A DNA stretch of 64,000 bases from an uncultured Bacteroidota bacterium (GTDB taxonomy: Bacteria > Bacteroidota > Bacteroidia > Flavobacteriales > Flavobacteriaceae): assembly GCA_902546095.1 (NCBI GenBank), contig CACCIQ010000004.1, forward strand, positions 4,268 to 68,267, given 5' to 3'. The notes beneath the pieces were generated by a model. That model was not told the DNA's origin and searched no databases. It saw only the letters and a list, made by a program, of their open reading frames with translations. Each line of letters starts with the position of its first letter. Position 1 is the stretch's first letter. The translations under genes and the position numbers were made by a program. Of the stretch, positions 9,844 through 19,973 are shown one piece after another.

Positions 9844-12419
9844 GCAGAATTTCTACTAGCATTAATATTTCCAAAAAGTGTTCTAGTTATAATTTTTTCT
9901 AAAACATTGATTTCATCATTCGCGTTATTATCCTTCAAATTCAGTAAGTTTTTCTTTTGTATTGCATACTGCTGCAGTGTAAATAAAGGCATAATAATTT
10001 CTTCTCTTTTTTCAATTGAGGCTTTATTAGCAGGCTCATTCTCCATTAATTCTTTGAAACCAGTAACTTTTAAAACCATATCCGTGGATAACTCATACTC
10101 ATTAAAAATAAGCTCCCAAAATTTTGAATACTCTTTGTCTTTTTTTATGTAGCTAGTTAAACCAAAAAATGATTTTTTTAAGCTCATCATAGAATTGGAT
10201 ATAAGGGTCCTAAAAAAAGGCACCTCTTTATAAAGTTTTTCAATTTTATCAAACTCACCATTCACTTTAAAATAATTCAAGGCCGTACCTAAGCCAAAAA
10301 ACCCTGGAACATTCTGCTTTAATTGACTCCAGCCTCCAACAAAAGGAATGGCTCTTAAATTATCAATACTAAAAGAATCAGATTCTGAAGGTCTTTTAGA
10401 TGGCCTGCTCCCAATATTTGTTTTTGAATAGTATTTAATCGTACTTATTTTTTCTAAATACCCTAAAAACTTTGGATGATTTTTAAAATCTATATATGCA
10501 TTATAACTAAGTTCAGAAAGCTGATCCATAGTTTTTCTGTTTTCATCACTTAAGTCAGCTGCTGTGGAGTCTAAATCTATATTTTTAACTGCAGAACTTA
10601 CCAATTGTTCTAAATTATATTGACAAGAATCAATTGTTCCAAAATTTGAGCTTATAGTTTGACCCTGGATAGTTAACTGAACAACTTTTGAATTAATAAT
10701 TCCAGCCATTGAACTATAAAATTGATGTGTGTTACCACCACCTCTTGCCGGTGGACCTCCTCTCCCGTCAAAAAATTCTACTTTAATTCCATATTTTTTT
10801 GAAATTCGAATCAGTCCTTCTTTAGCCTTTAAAATATTCCAATTTGCAGTAAAGTAGCCACCATCCTTTGTTCCATCAGAGAAACCAAGCATGATTATTT
10901 GTTTATTATCTCTGTTTTTTAAGTGATCTTTATATAGTTTATTTTGATAAACCTTTTCCATGACAGATTTAGATACATTTAAATCATCAATAGTCTCAAA
11001 CAATGGCACTATATCAACCGATGGTTTTGCCCAACCAGTAAATAGGAACATATTAAATACCTCTAAAATATTCATAGGAGACTGATTATGACTAATAATA
11101 TATCTATGAGATCCAGAAATTCCATTAGATTTTTGAATTGATTTCATGGCCTCAATAGAACCTAAGGTATTAATTAGATCTTTGTCTTTGTAGGAGGTTT
11201 TTTTATTTAAAAAATTTAATTTAGATATGAAATTAATTTTTTCATCCTCACTCATTCCACTGTAATTATCAGAGGTCTTACTATCAAAAATTAGTGTTAA
11301 AATCTTGTGAAAGACTTTATCATGAATACTAGAATCTTGCCTTATGTCTAGAGAAGCAAAATGATATCCAAAAATATTTATTTTATCAATTAGGTTTTGT
11401 ACCTCATCAACAAACAATGATTCATGTTTTTTAATAATTTGTTTTTTTACATATTTTAACTTGCTCAATAACTCATCTAAACTAATACATGGCTTTACAA
11501 CATCCTGAGTCATACTTTTGTATAGCCTATTTTCAACATCAATTATAATATCTTCTATTTTCTTAAAAGTCAATCTCCTTCTTAATTTCCTTACATCTCT
11601 GTAATAATTTTTAAGAATATCACTTCTAAGCTTATAAGCTGTTTTAATCGTGATTTCATTTGTTACAAAAGGATTTCCATCTCTATCTCCCCCGGGCCAA
11701 AATCCAAGCGATATTAAATCATAATTAACAAAATTTTTATCTCCAATATTGGACTTAATGTATTTTTGAATATTAGAAATTGAATTATAAAATATATTTT
11801 CCAAATACCATGTTAAACTCACAGCCTCATCATATGGAGTAGGTTTAATTTTTTTAAAAAATGGTGTTTTTCCAAGTTGTGCTAATAAACCTTTAATTTC
11901 GATTAAATCATTATTATTAATTGCTTTAGATAAATCGGTAATAATACCAAGTACAGAACCTGGATAAAATTGAGTTGGATGAGCAGTTAATACAGGTTTG
12001 ACTTTTATTTTTTTTAAAATATTAGATAATTCTAATTTTGAGTTAGATTTTTCACTAGTTTCTTTGAGGTTTCTTAACGTACCGACTCCATCCATATTAT
12101 GGACTTCTGAGAATGAAGCATCTTCAATTGCATCAAATAAAACAACTTGTCTCTCAATATATTGAATGAATCTAAAAATAAGAGTGGTTATTTCGTTTTT
12201 ATCTAAATCTTTACAATACTCATTAAAAAACCCATCTACAATCGTAAGAGGGCTTAAATTTTTCTTGAATCCATCACTACAATGTTTTGAAAACAAGGGT
12301 AAAAGCCTACCAGTATCATTTATTGATTCAAATGGTAAGGTTAAAAAAACATTATTGTAAACATCATATCTTGAGAGAACTTTATCTTTAAATCTCTCAA
12401 GTTTAGTTAGTTTTCTCAT
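9840..12419 (-). CDS. ppc: phosphoenolpyruvate carboxylase
   Basis: 859 aa. Motifs VLTAHPTQ, GFSDGTKDGG and FDGRGGPPARGGG, with the C-terminal NASRNSA end. Confidence 0.9.
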   Translation of the reverse strand: MRKLTKLERFKDKVLSRYDVYNNVFLTLPFESINDTGRLLPLFSKHCSDGFKKNLSPLTIVDGFFNEYCKDLDKNEITTLIFRFIQYIERQVVLFDAIEDASFSEVHNMDGVGTLRNLKETSEKSNSKLELSNILKKIKVKPVLTAHPTQFYPGSVLGIITDLSKAINNNDLIEIKGLLAQLGKTPFFKKIKPTPYDEAVSLTWYLENIFYNSISNIQKYIKSNIGDKNFVNYDLISLGFWPGGDRDGNPFVTNEITIKTAYKLRSDILKNYYRDVRKLRRRLTFKKIEDIIIDVENRLYKSMTQDVVKPCISLDELLSKLKYVKKQIIKKHESLFVDEVQNLIDKINIFGYHFASLDIRQDSSIHDKVFHKILTLIFDSKTSDNYSGMSEDEKINFISKLNFLNKKTSYKDKDLINTLGSIEAMKSIQKSNGISGSHRYIISHNQSPMNILEVFNMFLFTGWAKPSVDIVPLFETIDDLNVSKSVMEKVYQNKLYKDHLKNRDNKQIIMLGFSDGTKDGGYFTANWNILKAKEGLIRISKKYGIKVEFFDGRGGPPARGGGNTHQFYSSMAGIINSKVVQLTIQGQTISSNFGTIDSCQYNLEQLVSSAVKNIDLDSTAADLSDENRKTMDQLSELSYNAYIDFKNHPKFLGYLEKISTIKYYSKTNIGSRPSKRPSESDSFSIDNLRAIPFVGGWSQLKQNVPGFFGLGTALNYFKVNGEFDKIEKLYKEVPFFRTLISNSMMSLKKSFFGLTSYIKKDKEYSKFWELIFNEYELSTDMVLKVTGFKELMENEPANKASIEKREEIIMPLFTLQQYAIQKKNLLNLKDNNANDEINVLEKIITRTLFGNINASRNSA

Positions 12420-12430
12420 TTAGAGTAACG

Positions 12431-12910
12431 CTATTTTATTTCATTAAAAATTTTATGCATTAACCTCTTTTTATCATTAATGCTTTCTTCCAAAGAAATC
12501 ATTGTTTCAGTTCTTGAAACGCCATCAATATCGTCAATCATGAATATAATTTCCTTTGCATGATTTGTATTTTTTGACCTAATCTTACAAAAAATATTAA
12601 ATCTTCCAGTTGTAATATGAGCAACTGTCACGTAAGGAATACTCTCCAGTTTTTCCAATACCATATTAGTTAGATGAGTTTTCTCTAGAAATATTCCAAT
12701 ATATGCAATAAAGGTGTAGCCTAATTTTTTATAGTCAAGAGCTAATGATGCGCCCTGAATAATTCCAAATTCCTCCATCTTTTTAACACGAACATGAACT
12801 GTACCTGCAGAAATTAGAAGTTTTTTTGCAATATCAGTGAAGGGAATCCTAGAATTATCAATTAACAAATCAAGGATTTTATGATCAACATCGTCTAATT
12901 TAAATTTCAT
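12431..12910 (-). CDS. Lrp/AsnC family transcriptional regulator
   Basis: 159 aa. N-terminal winged HTH (DHKILDLLIDNSRIPFTDIAKKLLISAGTVHVRVKKM) plus a C-terminal RAM/AsnC domain. Confidence 0.85.
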   Translation of the reverse strand: MKFKLDDVDHKILDLLIDNSRIPFTDIAKKLLISAGTVHVRVKKMEEFGIIQGASLALDYKKLGYTFIAYIGIFLEKTHLTNMVLEKLESIPYVTVAHITTGRFNIFCKIRSKNTNHAKEIIFMIDDIDGVSRTETMISLEESINDKKRLMHKIFNEIK

Positions 12911-13046
12911 TTTTAATTATCTTGAAAATTATACACTAAAAACGTAAATATATTGAATTATTTATATTAAATCACTAAAATATCTCATAATATTTAACTA
13001 AATATCAAATTTTAATTAGATATCTTCATTTTTTTTATATGAAATA

Positions 13047-13054
13047 CAAATCTA
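13047..13054 (-). promoter_or_regulatory. candidate Bacteroidota -7 promoter box (TAGATTTG on the minus strand), possibly for the Lrp/AsnC gene
   Basis: CAAATCTA on the plus strand is an exact match to TAnnTTTG on the minus strand. It lies about 135 nt upstream of the Lrp start. I could not verify a -33 element. Confidence 0.3.
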
Positions 13055-13057
13055 AAG

Positions 13058-13071
13058 TTTACATATGTACA
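13058..13071. promoter_or_regulatory. operator-like palindrome TTTACA-TA-TGTACA
   Basis: The core TACATATGTA (13060-13069) is a perfect 10-bp palindrome. The arms match 5/6 to the second site at 13228-13241. It abuts the candidate minus-strand -7 box. Confidence 0.35.
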
Positions 13072-13227
13072 CACATAAAAAGCGAAATTATATAATATAT
13101 TTACTAATTTATATATAAAATCTTGTTTTACAACGTATTAAATATTAATAATTAAAGTAAAATATTAAATATTTATCAATAAATAATGGTTTATTTAAAT
13201 ACATTTTAATAGATATAAAAGCGTATA

Positions 13228-13241
13228 TTTACAAATGTAAA
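13228..13241. promoter_or_regulatory. operator-like perfect palindrome TTTACA-AA-TGTAAA overlapping a -7-like box (TATATTTA, 13224-13231)
   Basis: Perfect 6+6 inverted repeat ending 1 nt before the ATG of the XRE-type HTH gene (13243). The overlapping TATATTTA differs from TAnnTTTG only at the last base. Confidence 0.4.
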
Positions 13242-13242
13242 C

Positions 13243-13569
13243 ATGGAAGATATAAGTTTAAGATTAAAAGAAATATTAAATAATCAATCAATTAACGCTT
13301 CGGAATTTGCAAAAAAAATCAATGTTCAAAGGTCAAGTATTTCACACATCCTAAACGGACGAAATAAACCAAGTTTAGAGATTGTAACTAAAATCTGTAA
13401 AGAATTTCCAGAAATTGACGTAGAGTGGTTAATTTTTGGAAAAGACAAGCAAAACCCTGCCCCTATTTCAAAAGAAAACAATGATAATTCAAAAAATAAT
13501 GTAAATTCTGAGGTTGAAAAAATAATATTACTTTTAAAAGATGGTACATTTAAGGAATTTAAAAATTAG
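13243..13569 (+). CDS. XRE-family helix-turn-helix transcriptional regulator
   Basis: 108 aa. Classic HTH_3 pattern (INASEFAKKINVQRSSISHILNGRNKPSLEIVTKI) followed by a low-complexity tail. Confidence 0.75.
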   Translation: MEDISLRLKEILNNQSINASEFAKKINVQRSSISHILNGRNKPSLEIVTKICKEFPEIDVEWLIFGKDKQNPAPISKENNDNSKNNVNSEVEKIILLLKDGTFKEFKN

Positions 13570-13918
13570 CCTTCTATTAATATTCTTATCAAGTTGTTCT
13601 TTTCCAGAGAAAGATTGTAAAAAATTTAAAACTGGCAACTTTGAATTTAAAACAGAAATAGATGGTAAAGAATATGTCTCATATTTTCAAAGATCAGACT
13701 CAACAGAAATTGAAGTTTTTAATGGAGTTACGGATACATCTAGTGTTAGATGGGTTTCTGATTGTGAATTTATTTTAAAAAATATTAATCCGAAAAAGAG
13801 TAAAAAATCAATAACAATGAAAATATTAAGTACAGAAAATGATAGTTACACATTTGAATATTCAATTGTTGGGGATGATAGTAATAAAAAAAGAGGGAAA
13901 GTATTTCTATCAGACTAA
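13541..13918 (+). CDS. hypothetical lipoprotein
   Basis: 125 aa. Lipobox-like LIFLSSC near the N-terminus. No family recognised. Overlaps the HTH gene end, so the start is uncertain. Confidence 0.45.
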   Translation: MVHLRNLKISLLLIFLSSCSFPEKDCKKFKTGNFEFKTEIDGKEYVSYFQRSDSTEIEVFNGVTDTSSVRWVSDCEFILKNINPKKSKKSITMKILSTENDSYTFEYSIVGDDSNKKRGKVFLSD

Positions 13919-16503
13919 AAATCTAATTCTATCTGACTACTTTCACCTTCATTAGAAATATTATCATCATTATCAATTTGTTCATCAATCACTTCTATTT
14001 GATTTAATTCCTTAATTTCAGGCTCATATGGTATGGGATCAAGGAGATTAATTTCTTTAACTTCTTTACTGACGAGTTGATTTCCCAAAGCTTTTATTCC
14101 TTTTACAGAAATAAATTCAAATAAATTAATATTATTTTTTTCAATTTCTTTCTTGCTTTTGGTAATTACTTCAATAACTGGCTTCCAATCATAAGAAACA
14201 ATTTCAACAGTACTATTTTTAGAATCATCAATGAAGTTTTGAGCACCCTTTAAAACACCAAGTAAAAATCTTTTTACATAGTATTTTTTCTTTTTCTTGT
14301 TGAAGTATACAACAGAAATTGGTTTAGACCTGTCAGCTTTCTCGAGGATGATCATGTCTTCAGGAAAATGCATATTAAGATCTGGTGGAACAATTTTTAG
14401 CTTTCCTGAATGTTGTACAATGAGTAAATCATCATCTGGCTTAAACTCACCCAATAAATCACCCCTATCATCAACATTTAACCTCTGAACTGTATCATCA
14501 AACCAAATTTTTCTTGGCTTTAATGTAGACAAACCTTTTTCTTTAAAGATTACCTTATTTACAGAGTACTTGCTTACAATATTACCCTTAACTGAACGAC
14601 CCTTAATTGCTAAATCTGCAAAATCTAAATCCCATTTAAGTTTTTTTATTGATCCACTTTGTCTCAATTGTATTGTGACAATTTCAGCTTCACCATTAGG
14701 GTTAGCTGAAAAATGTAAAATTTTGGTTTTTGGATTTTGGGAGGTTAAATTATATTTTTTGTCTCTCGTAACCCCAGTAACATTAAACCTTTTTATGTAT
14801 GAAACACCAGACTTACCTTCCTTGTAAATCATATTGTAAATAGTCCTAGAATCTCTCTTTTTAAAAACTGAAACATAAAGTATATTTTTTGCAACAAACT
14901 TTTTACTATCAACTTTTGTTACAATCATATCACCATTTGATGTAAAAACAATTATATCATCTATATCAGAACAATCCTCAACGTATTCTTCTCTTCTCAA
15001 AGAAGTTCCTATAAAACCATCTTCTCTGTTAACATAAAGTTTTGAGTTTTTAACAACAACCTTCTTTACATCTACATCATCAAAGATTCTAATTTCTGTT
15101 TTTCTTTGTTTTCCAGTTGAATATGTTGATTTTAAATCCTTAAAGTGCTGTATGGCAAAATCATTTAAATTTTCAAGGTTGAATTTTACCTTGTCAATAT
15201 CTTCCTCAATTTGTTTAATTTTTTTATCTGCTTTTTCTAAATCAAATTTTGATATTCTTTTAATTTTAATTTCGGTCAATTTTAAAATATCATCTTCGGA
15301 AACTTCCTTTTTAAGCATATTGATAAATGGTTTTAAGCCTTTATTAATAGCCTCTAAAACACCATCCCAAGTTTCCTCATCTTCAATCAACCTATAAATT
15401 CTGTTTTCAATAAAGATCTTTTCTAATGTTGAATAATGCCAAAATAGATTCAGCTCCGCTAACCTTACATCCAACTCTTTCTTCAGAAGATTTTTTGTTT
15501 TTTCTGTTGATTTTTTTAAGATTTCAGAAACACCAATAAAAACTGGCTTGTTATCTTCAATAATACAGCTGAGCGGTGAAATTGAAACTTCACAATTCGT
15601 AAATGCAAAGAGCCCATCAATTGTTTTATCCGGTGAAACACCATTTGGTAGATGTATCAAGATTTCTACATCAGCTGACGTATTATCCTCAATTTTTTTG
15701 ATTTTTATTTTACCTTTATCATTAGCTTTCAGAATTGATTCTATTAATGAGCTGCTTGTGGTTGTATAAGGAATTTGAGAAATTACTAATGTGTTTTTAT
15801 TTATTTGAGAAATTTTAGCCCGAACTTTAATTTTACCACCTCTCATTCCATCATTATAGTTAGTCACATCAACCACTCCTTGAGTTGGAAAATCAGGATA
15901 AAGATCAAATTTTCTTCCTCTTAAACACTTTATGGAAGCATCTATCAATTCAACGAAGTTGTGTGGAAGTATTTTAGTGGATAATCCAACAGCAATTCCC
16001 TCAGCACCTTGAGCCAATAGTAATGGAAATTTAACAGGAAGATTGATTGGCTCTTTTCTTCTTCCATCATATGAAGACTGCCATGTTGTTACTTTTGGAC
16101 TGTAAACAACTTCAAGAGCAAATTTGGATAATCTTGCTTCAATATATCTAGATGCAGCAGCTGAGTCACCTGTTAATATATTTCCCCAGTTTCCTTGAGT
16201 TTCTATCAATAAATCTTTTTGACCAATTTGAACAATAGCGTCAGAAATACTAGCGTCACCGTGGGGATGATACTGCATTGTGTGTCCTACGATATTCGCA
16301 ACTTTATTAAATCGACCATCATCTAAATCTTTCATTGAATGAAGAATTCTTCTCTGTACAGGCTTAAATCCATCTTCAATAGCTGGTACTGCTCTTTCTA
16401 AAATTACGTAGGAAGCATAATCAATAAACCAATCTTTGTACATTCCTGATATAGGAATTAAAAATTCCTCTTCATTTTCAAAATTTTCAGAAAAATTCTC
16501 CAT
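13915..16503 (-). CDS. parC: DNA topoisomerase IV subunit A (GyrA/ParC family)
   Basis: 862 aa. N-terminal DGFKPVQRRILH and the active-site region AAASRYIEARL. Directly downstream of the ParE-like gene. Acidic C-terminal tail. Confidence 0.85.
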   Translation of the reverse strand: MENFSENFENEEEFLIPISGMYKDWFIDYASYVILERAVPAIEDGFKPVQRRILHSMKDLDDGRFNKVANIVGHTMQYHPHGDASISDAIVQIGQKDLLIETQGNWGNILTGDSAAASRYIEARLSKFALEVVYSPKVTTWQSSYDGRRKEPINLPVKFPLLLAQGAEGIAVGLSTKILPHNFVELIDASIKCLRGRKFDLYPDFPTQGVVDVTNYNDGMRGGKIKVRAKISQINKNTLVISQIPYTTTSSSLIESILKANDKGKIKIKKIEDNTSADVEILIHLPNGVSPDKTIDGLFAFTNCEVSISPLSCIIEDNKPVFIGVSEILKKSTEKTKNLLKKELDVRLAELNLFWHYSTLEKIFIENRIYRLIEDEETWDGVLEAINKGLKPFINMLKKEVSEDDILKLTEIKIKRISKFDLEKADKKIKQIEEDIDKVKFNLENLNDFAIQHFKDLKSTYSTGKQRKTEIRIFDDVDVKKVVVKNSKLYVNREDGFIGTSLRREEYVEDCSDIDDIIVFTSNGDMIVTKVDSKKFVAKNILYVSVFKKRDSRTIYNMIYKEGKSGVSYIKRFNVTGVTRDKKYNLTSQNPKTKILHFSANPNGEAEIVTIQLRQSGSIKKLKWDLDFADLAIKGRSVKGNIVSKYSVNKVIFKEKGLSTLKPRKIWFDDTVQRLNVDDRGDLLGEFKPDDDLLIVQHSGKLKIVPPDLNMHFPEDMIILEKADRSKPISVVYFNKKKKKYYVKRFLLGVLKGAQNFIDDSKNSTVEIVSYDWKPVIEVITKSKKEIEKNNINLFEFISVKGIKALGNQLVSKEVKEINLLDPIPYEPEIKELNQIEVIDEQIDNDDNISNEGESSQIELDF

Positions 16504-16505
16504 TA

Positions 16506-18353
16506 TTATACTTTATCAATATCAATTTTTAAATTATTTATAATAAACTTTTGTCTTTCAGGGGTATTTTTACCCATGTAAAAAGAAAGCATATCTGATA
16601 TGCTAGTATCTCTATTAATTATAACAGGATCCAGCCTAATACTATCACCTATAAAGTTTTTAAACTCATTTGGTGAGATTTCACCAAGCCCCTTAAACCT
16701 TGTTATTTCAGGCTTCGGAGAAAGTTTATCGATAGCTTGTTCTTTTTCAAAATCATCATAACAATAGATTGTTTCTTTTTTATTTCTTACTCTAAATAAG
16801 GGGGTTTGTAAAATAAATAAGTGACCTTCTTTAATTAACTCAGGAAAAAATTGAAGAAAAAAAGTAATAAGAAGTAAACGTATATGCATCCCGTCGACAT
16901 CTGCATCGGTAGCTATAACTATTTTATTATATCTAAGTTTTTCAATTCCCTCCTCAATATTTAGAGCTGCCTGCAATAGATTAAATTCTTCATTTTCATA
17001 AACAATCTTTTTGGTCATTGAATATGAATTTAAAGGCTTTCCTCTCAAGCTAAATACAGCTTGAGTGTTTACATTTCTAGATTTTGTTATTGAGCCACTT
17101 GCAGAATCACCCTCAGTAATAAACAATGTTGATTCTAATCTTTGATCCTTATTCATATCCCCTAAGTGAATTCTACAATCTCTTAATTTTTTATTATGTA
17201 GATTTGACTTTTTTGCTCTTTCTCTGGCTAATTTTCTTATTCCTGACAACTCTTTTCTCTCCCTTTCAGCTTGAATAATCTTTTTTTGAATTTCATCCTT
17301 AATATTTTGATTTTGGTGAAGAAAATTATCAAGTTTTCTTCCAACAAAATCATTAATGTAAGTTCTAACTGTTGGAAGGTCACCACCCATTTCAGTACTT
17401 CCTAATTTTGTCTTAGTCTGTGATTCAAAGACTGGCTCCATAACTTTGATGCTTATTGCACACAAAACAGATTTTCTAATATCCGATGAATCATAAGGTT
17501 TTTTGAAGTGATCTCTTATTGTTTTAACAATTGATTCTTTTAGAGCTGATAAATGTGTACCACCTTGAGTTGTATGTTGACCATTCACAAAAGAATAGTA
17601 TTCTTCGCTGTATTGTTTTTTGTTGTGAGTTAAAGCAATTTCAATATCTTTTCCCTTGAGATGAATTACAGGGTAAAGAAAGTCTTCAAGGTTGTTATTA
17701 TCTTCAATTAAATCCTTTAATCCATTTTCAGATTTTAGTTTTTCACCATTAAAAACTATTGTTAAACCAGGATTTAAATAAACATAATATTTTAACATTC
17801 TAACTACATATTCACTTCTATATTTAAAATTTTTAAAAATTTCGGAATCTGGCTTAAAAATTACTTTAGTTCCTTTTCTTTTATTTGATTCCTCTATGGG
17901 ACTATCTGATGAAATTTCACCATATTCAAATGAAACTTTCTTTAACTTACCATCTCTTATTGACTGAACCTCAAAAGATGATGACAGGGCATTTACAGCT
18001 TTTGTTCCCACTCCATTCAAACCAACTGACTTTTTAAATGCACGAGTATCATACTTTCCTCCAGTATTCATTTTAGAAACAACATCTACAACCTTACCCA
18101 GAGGAATTCCCCTTCCGTAATCCCTTACATTGACAATATTTTCCTTAATATTAATTTCAATAGTTTTTCCAGCACCCATGACAAATTCATCAATTGAATT
18201 GTCAATGACCTCCTTTAGAAGAATGTAAATACCATCATCATAAGCTGAACCATCACCTAACTTACCAATGTACATACCAGGTCTCATTCTGATATGCTCT
18301 TTCCAGTCTAGGGATTTAATATTTTCTTCCGTGTATGAAGATGTTTGAGCCAT
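16506..18353 (-). CDS. parE: DNA topoisomerase IV subunit B (GyrB/ParE family)
   Basis: GHKL ATPase and Toprim motifs ([34 protein letters not shown]). ATG at 18353 ([13 protein letters not shown]...) is preferred to the track start at 18401, which adds 16 non-conserved-looking residues. Confidence 0.85.
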   Translation of the reverse strand: MAQTSSYTEENIKSLDWKEHIRMRPGMYIGKLGDGSAYDDGIYILLKEVIDNSIDEFVMGAGKTIEINIKENIVNVRDYGRGIPLGKVVDVVSKMNTGGKYDTRAFKKSVGLNGVGTKAVNALSSSFEVQSIRDGKLKKVSFEYGEISSDSPIEESNKRKGTKVIFKPDSEIFKNFKYRSEYVVRMLKYYVYLNPGLTIVFNGEKLKSENGLKDLIEDNNNLEDFLYPVIHLKGKDIEIALTHNKKQYSEEYYSFVNGQHTTQGGTHLSALKESIVKTIRDHFKKPYDSSDIRKSVLCAISIKVMEPVFESQTKTKLGSTEMGGDLPTVRTYINDFVGRKLDNFLHQNQNIKDEIQKKIIQAERERKELSGIRKLARERAKKSNLHNKKLRDCRIHLGDMNKDQRLESTLFITEGDSASGSITKSRNVNTQAVFSLRGKPLNSYSMTKKIVYENEEFNLLQAALNIEEGIEKLRYNKIVIATDADVDGMHIRLLLITFFLQFFPELIKEGHLFILQTPLFRVRNKKETIYCYDDFEKEQAIDKLSPKPEITRFKGLGEISPNEFKNFIGDSIRLDPVIINRDTSISDMLSFYMGKNTPERQKFIINNLKIDIDKV

Positions 18354-18452
18354 AAAATTTGAATGCCTAAGATAAAACACTGGACACTTATATGAAATCA
18401 TGTTCTTATAAAATAATTAACAATCCTTCGTAAAATATGTTGAAATCTTAAA

Positions 18453-19544
18453 TTAAGTATTGAATTTAAAATTAATTATGTCACCATCAATTACAACGTA
18501 TTCTTTGCCTTCTGTTTTTAATTTTCCTGCTTCTTTCACTTTTAATTCACTTCCAAAGTTTACATAGTCGTTGTATTTAATGACGTCAGCTTTTATAAAC
18601 CCTTTTTCAAAGTCTGTATGAATAATTCCAGCAACTTGTGGAGCCTTAGATCCTTTTTTAAAAGTCCATGCTCTTACTTCTTTTTTTCCTGCAGTATAAA
18701 AAGTTGACAAATTAAGCAGGTTGTGAGTTTCTTTAATTAATTTACTTGCACCAGACTCTGATAACCCCAAATCATCTAAAAACATTTTTCTGTCATCATA
18801 ATTATCTAATTCATTAATTTCCTCCTCCGTTTTCGCTGCAAGAGCAATAACATTTGATCCAGTTGTTTTTAAATTGTTAACAATAGATTTTAGCTCATCA
18901 CTAGGCGATTTAATATTTTTCTCATCTACATTACAGACATATAAAACTGGCTTAATCGAAAGCAATGACATAGATTTGATAATATTATTTTCATCAACTG
19001 AAAGACTTGAAAAATTTATTGAATTTCCATCATTTATAATTGTAATTAATTTTTCTAATAAGTTTAATTCTATAATTGAGTTTTTATCACCTGTCTTAGC
19101 AGCTCTTGAAATCTTTTCTTTTCTTTTTTCAATCGTTTCTAAATCTTTCAATTTCAACTCAAAATCAATAATTTCTTTATCTCTCAAAGGATCAACTGAT
19201 CCTTCAACATGGGTTATATTCTCATCGTGATAGCATCTTAGCACATGAATAATAGCATTAGTTTCTCTAATATTCGAAAGAAATTGATTTCCTAAACCCT
19301 CACCTTTGCTAGCTCCTTTAACAAGTCCTGCAATATCAACAATTTCAACAGAATTCGGAACAATTTTCTCAGGCCCAACCAATTCTACTAGCTTATTCAA
19401 TCTTTCATCTGGAATATTTACTAAACCAATGTTTGGATCAATTGTACAAAAAGGAAAATTAGCACTTTGTGCTTTTGTATTACTTAAACAATTAAACAAG
19501 GTCGATTTTCCAACATTAGGAAGACCCACGATACCAGCTTTCAT
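18453..19544 (-). CDS. ychF: ribosome-binding ATPase YchF
   Basis: 363 aa. G1 motif GIVGLPNVGKSTLFN and the C-terminal TGS domain (RAWTFKKGSKAPQVAGIIHTDFEKGFI). Confidence 0.95.
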   Translation of the reverse strand: MKAGIVGLPNVGKSTLFNCLSNTKAQSANFPFCTIDPNIGLVNIPDERLNKLVELVGPEKIVPNSVEIVDIAGLVKGASKGEGLGNQFLSNIRETNAIIHVLRCYHDENITHVEGSVDPLRDKEIIDFELKLKDLETIEKRKEKISRAAKTGDKNSIIELNLLEKLITIINDGNSINFSSLSVDENNIIKSMSLLSIKPVLYVCNVDEKNIKSPSDELKSIVNNLKTTGSNVIALAAKTEEEINELDNYDDRKMFLDDLGLSESGASKLIKETHNLLNLSTFYTAGKKEVRAWTFKKGSKAPQVAGIIHTDFEKGFIKADVIKYNDYVNFGSELKVKEAGKLKTEGKEYVVIDGDIINFKFNT

Positions 19545-19572
19545 ATATTCATTATGAGCACAGCGTTTTAAA

Positions 19573-19923
19573 TTAAGTGCCGTGCATAAAACTTTGCTTA
19601 TTCAATAACAGCTCCTCAGACTCAACATTGTCTTCATCAGGAACACAACAATCGACAGGGCAAACAGCTGCACATTGAGGCTCATCATGAAAACCTTTAC
19701 ATTCTGTGCATTTATCAGTGACTATGAAATAATACTCATCTGAAACTGGCTCTTGATCCTGATCAGCATTGACTGACTGACCAGAGAGTAGCTTTACGTC
19801 TCCCTTTAAAGATGTCCCTTGAGAGTATTTCCACTCATATGAAGCCTCATAGATAGCTGTATTTGGGCATTCTGGCTCACAGGCTCCACAGTTAATACAG
19901 TCATCTGTTATTTTTATTGCCAT
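19573..19923 (-). CDS. 4Fe-4S dicluster ferredoxin
   Basis: MAIKITDDCINCGACEPECP plus a second CxxC...C...CP motif (CTECKGF...CAAVCP). ATG at 19923 is preferred to the TTG at 19935 in the track. Confidence 0.85.
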   Translation of the reverse strand: MAIKITDDCINCGACEPECPNTAIYEASYEWKYSQGTSLKGDVKLLSGQSVNADQDQEPVSDEYYFIVTDKCTECKGFHDEPQCAAVCPVDCCVPDEDNVESEELLLNKQSFMHGT

Positions 19924-19973
19924 AAGCGGATACAAAATTAACCAATATCTTTACATTATAAAACTCAAACTAA

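Noticed and set aside
12911-13242. AT-rich 332-bp gap as a replication origin, tRNA/sRNA gene or decayed mobile element.
   Set aside because: I saw no DnaA-box-like TTATCCACA/TGTGGATAA strings, no GC-rich stem structures compatible with a tRNA, and no terminal inverted repeats. An sRNA cannot be excluded from sequence alone.
13243-13918. XRE HTH plus overlapping small ORF as a toxin-antitoxin or phage-repressor remnant.
   Set aside because: The downstream ORF has a lipoprotein-type signal (LIFLSSC) and no toxin-like motif. No phage or integrase genes are nearby, and the flanks are core genes (ppc, parC).
18354-18401. N-terminal extensions produced by the ORF track using the first TTG/alternative start. 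This affects parE (18401), ferredoxin (19935), msrA (23899), DUF5916 paralog 2 (26455), MBL hydrolase (33026), CCG protein (48758), HAD protein (49212), Fe-S protein (50485) and pfkA (58450).
   Set aside because: In each case an ATG a few codons downstream yields the family-typical N-terminus. Examples are MKTIAVLTSGGDSPGMN, MKTLIFGGGCFWC and MAIKITDDCINCG. The extension either overlaps the upstream gene or overlaps a promoter box.
19545-19585. Possible hairpin (GCACAGCG ... GTGCCGTGC) downstream of the ferredoxin gene as a terminator.
   Set aside because: The stem is imperfect. One arm lies inside the ferredoxin coding sequence, and there is no clear T tract on the relevant strand.
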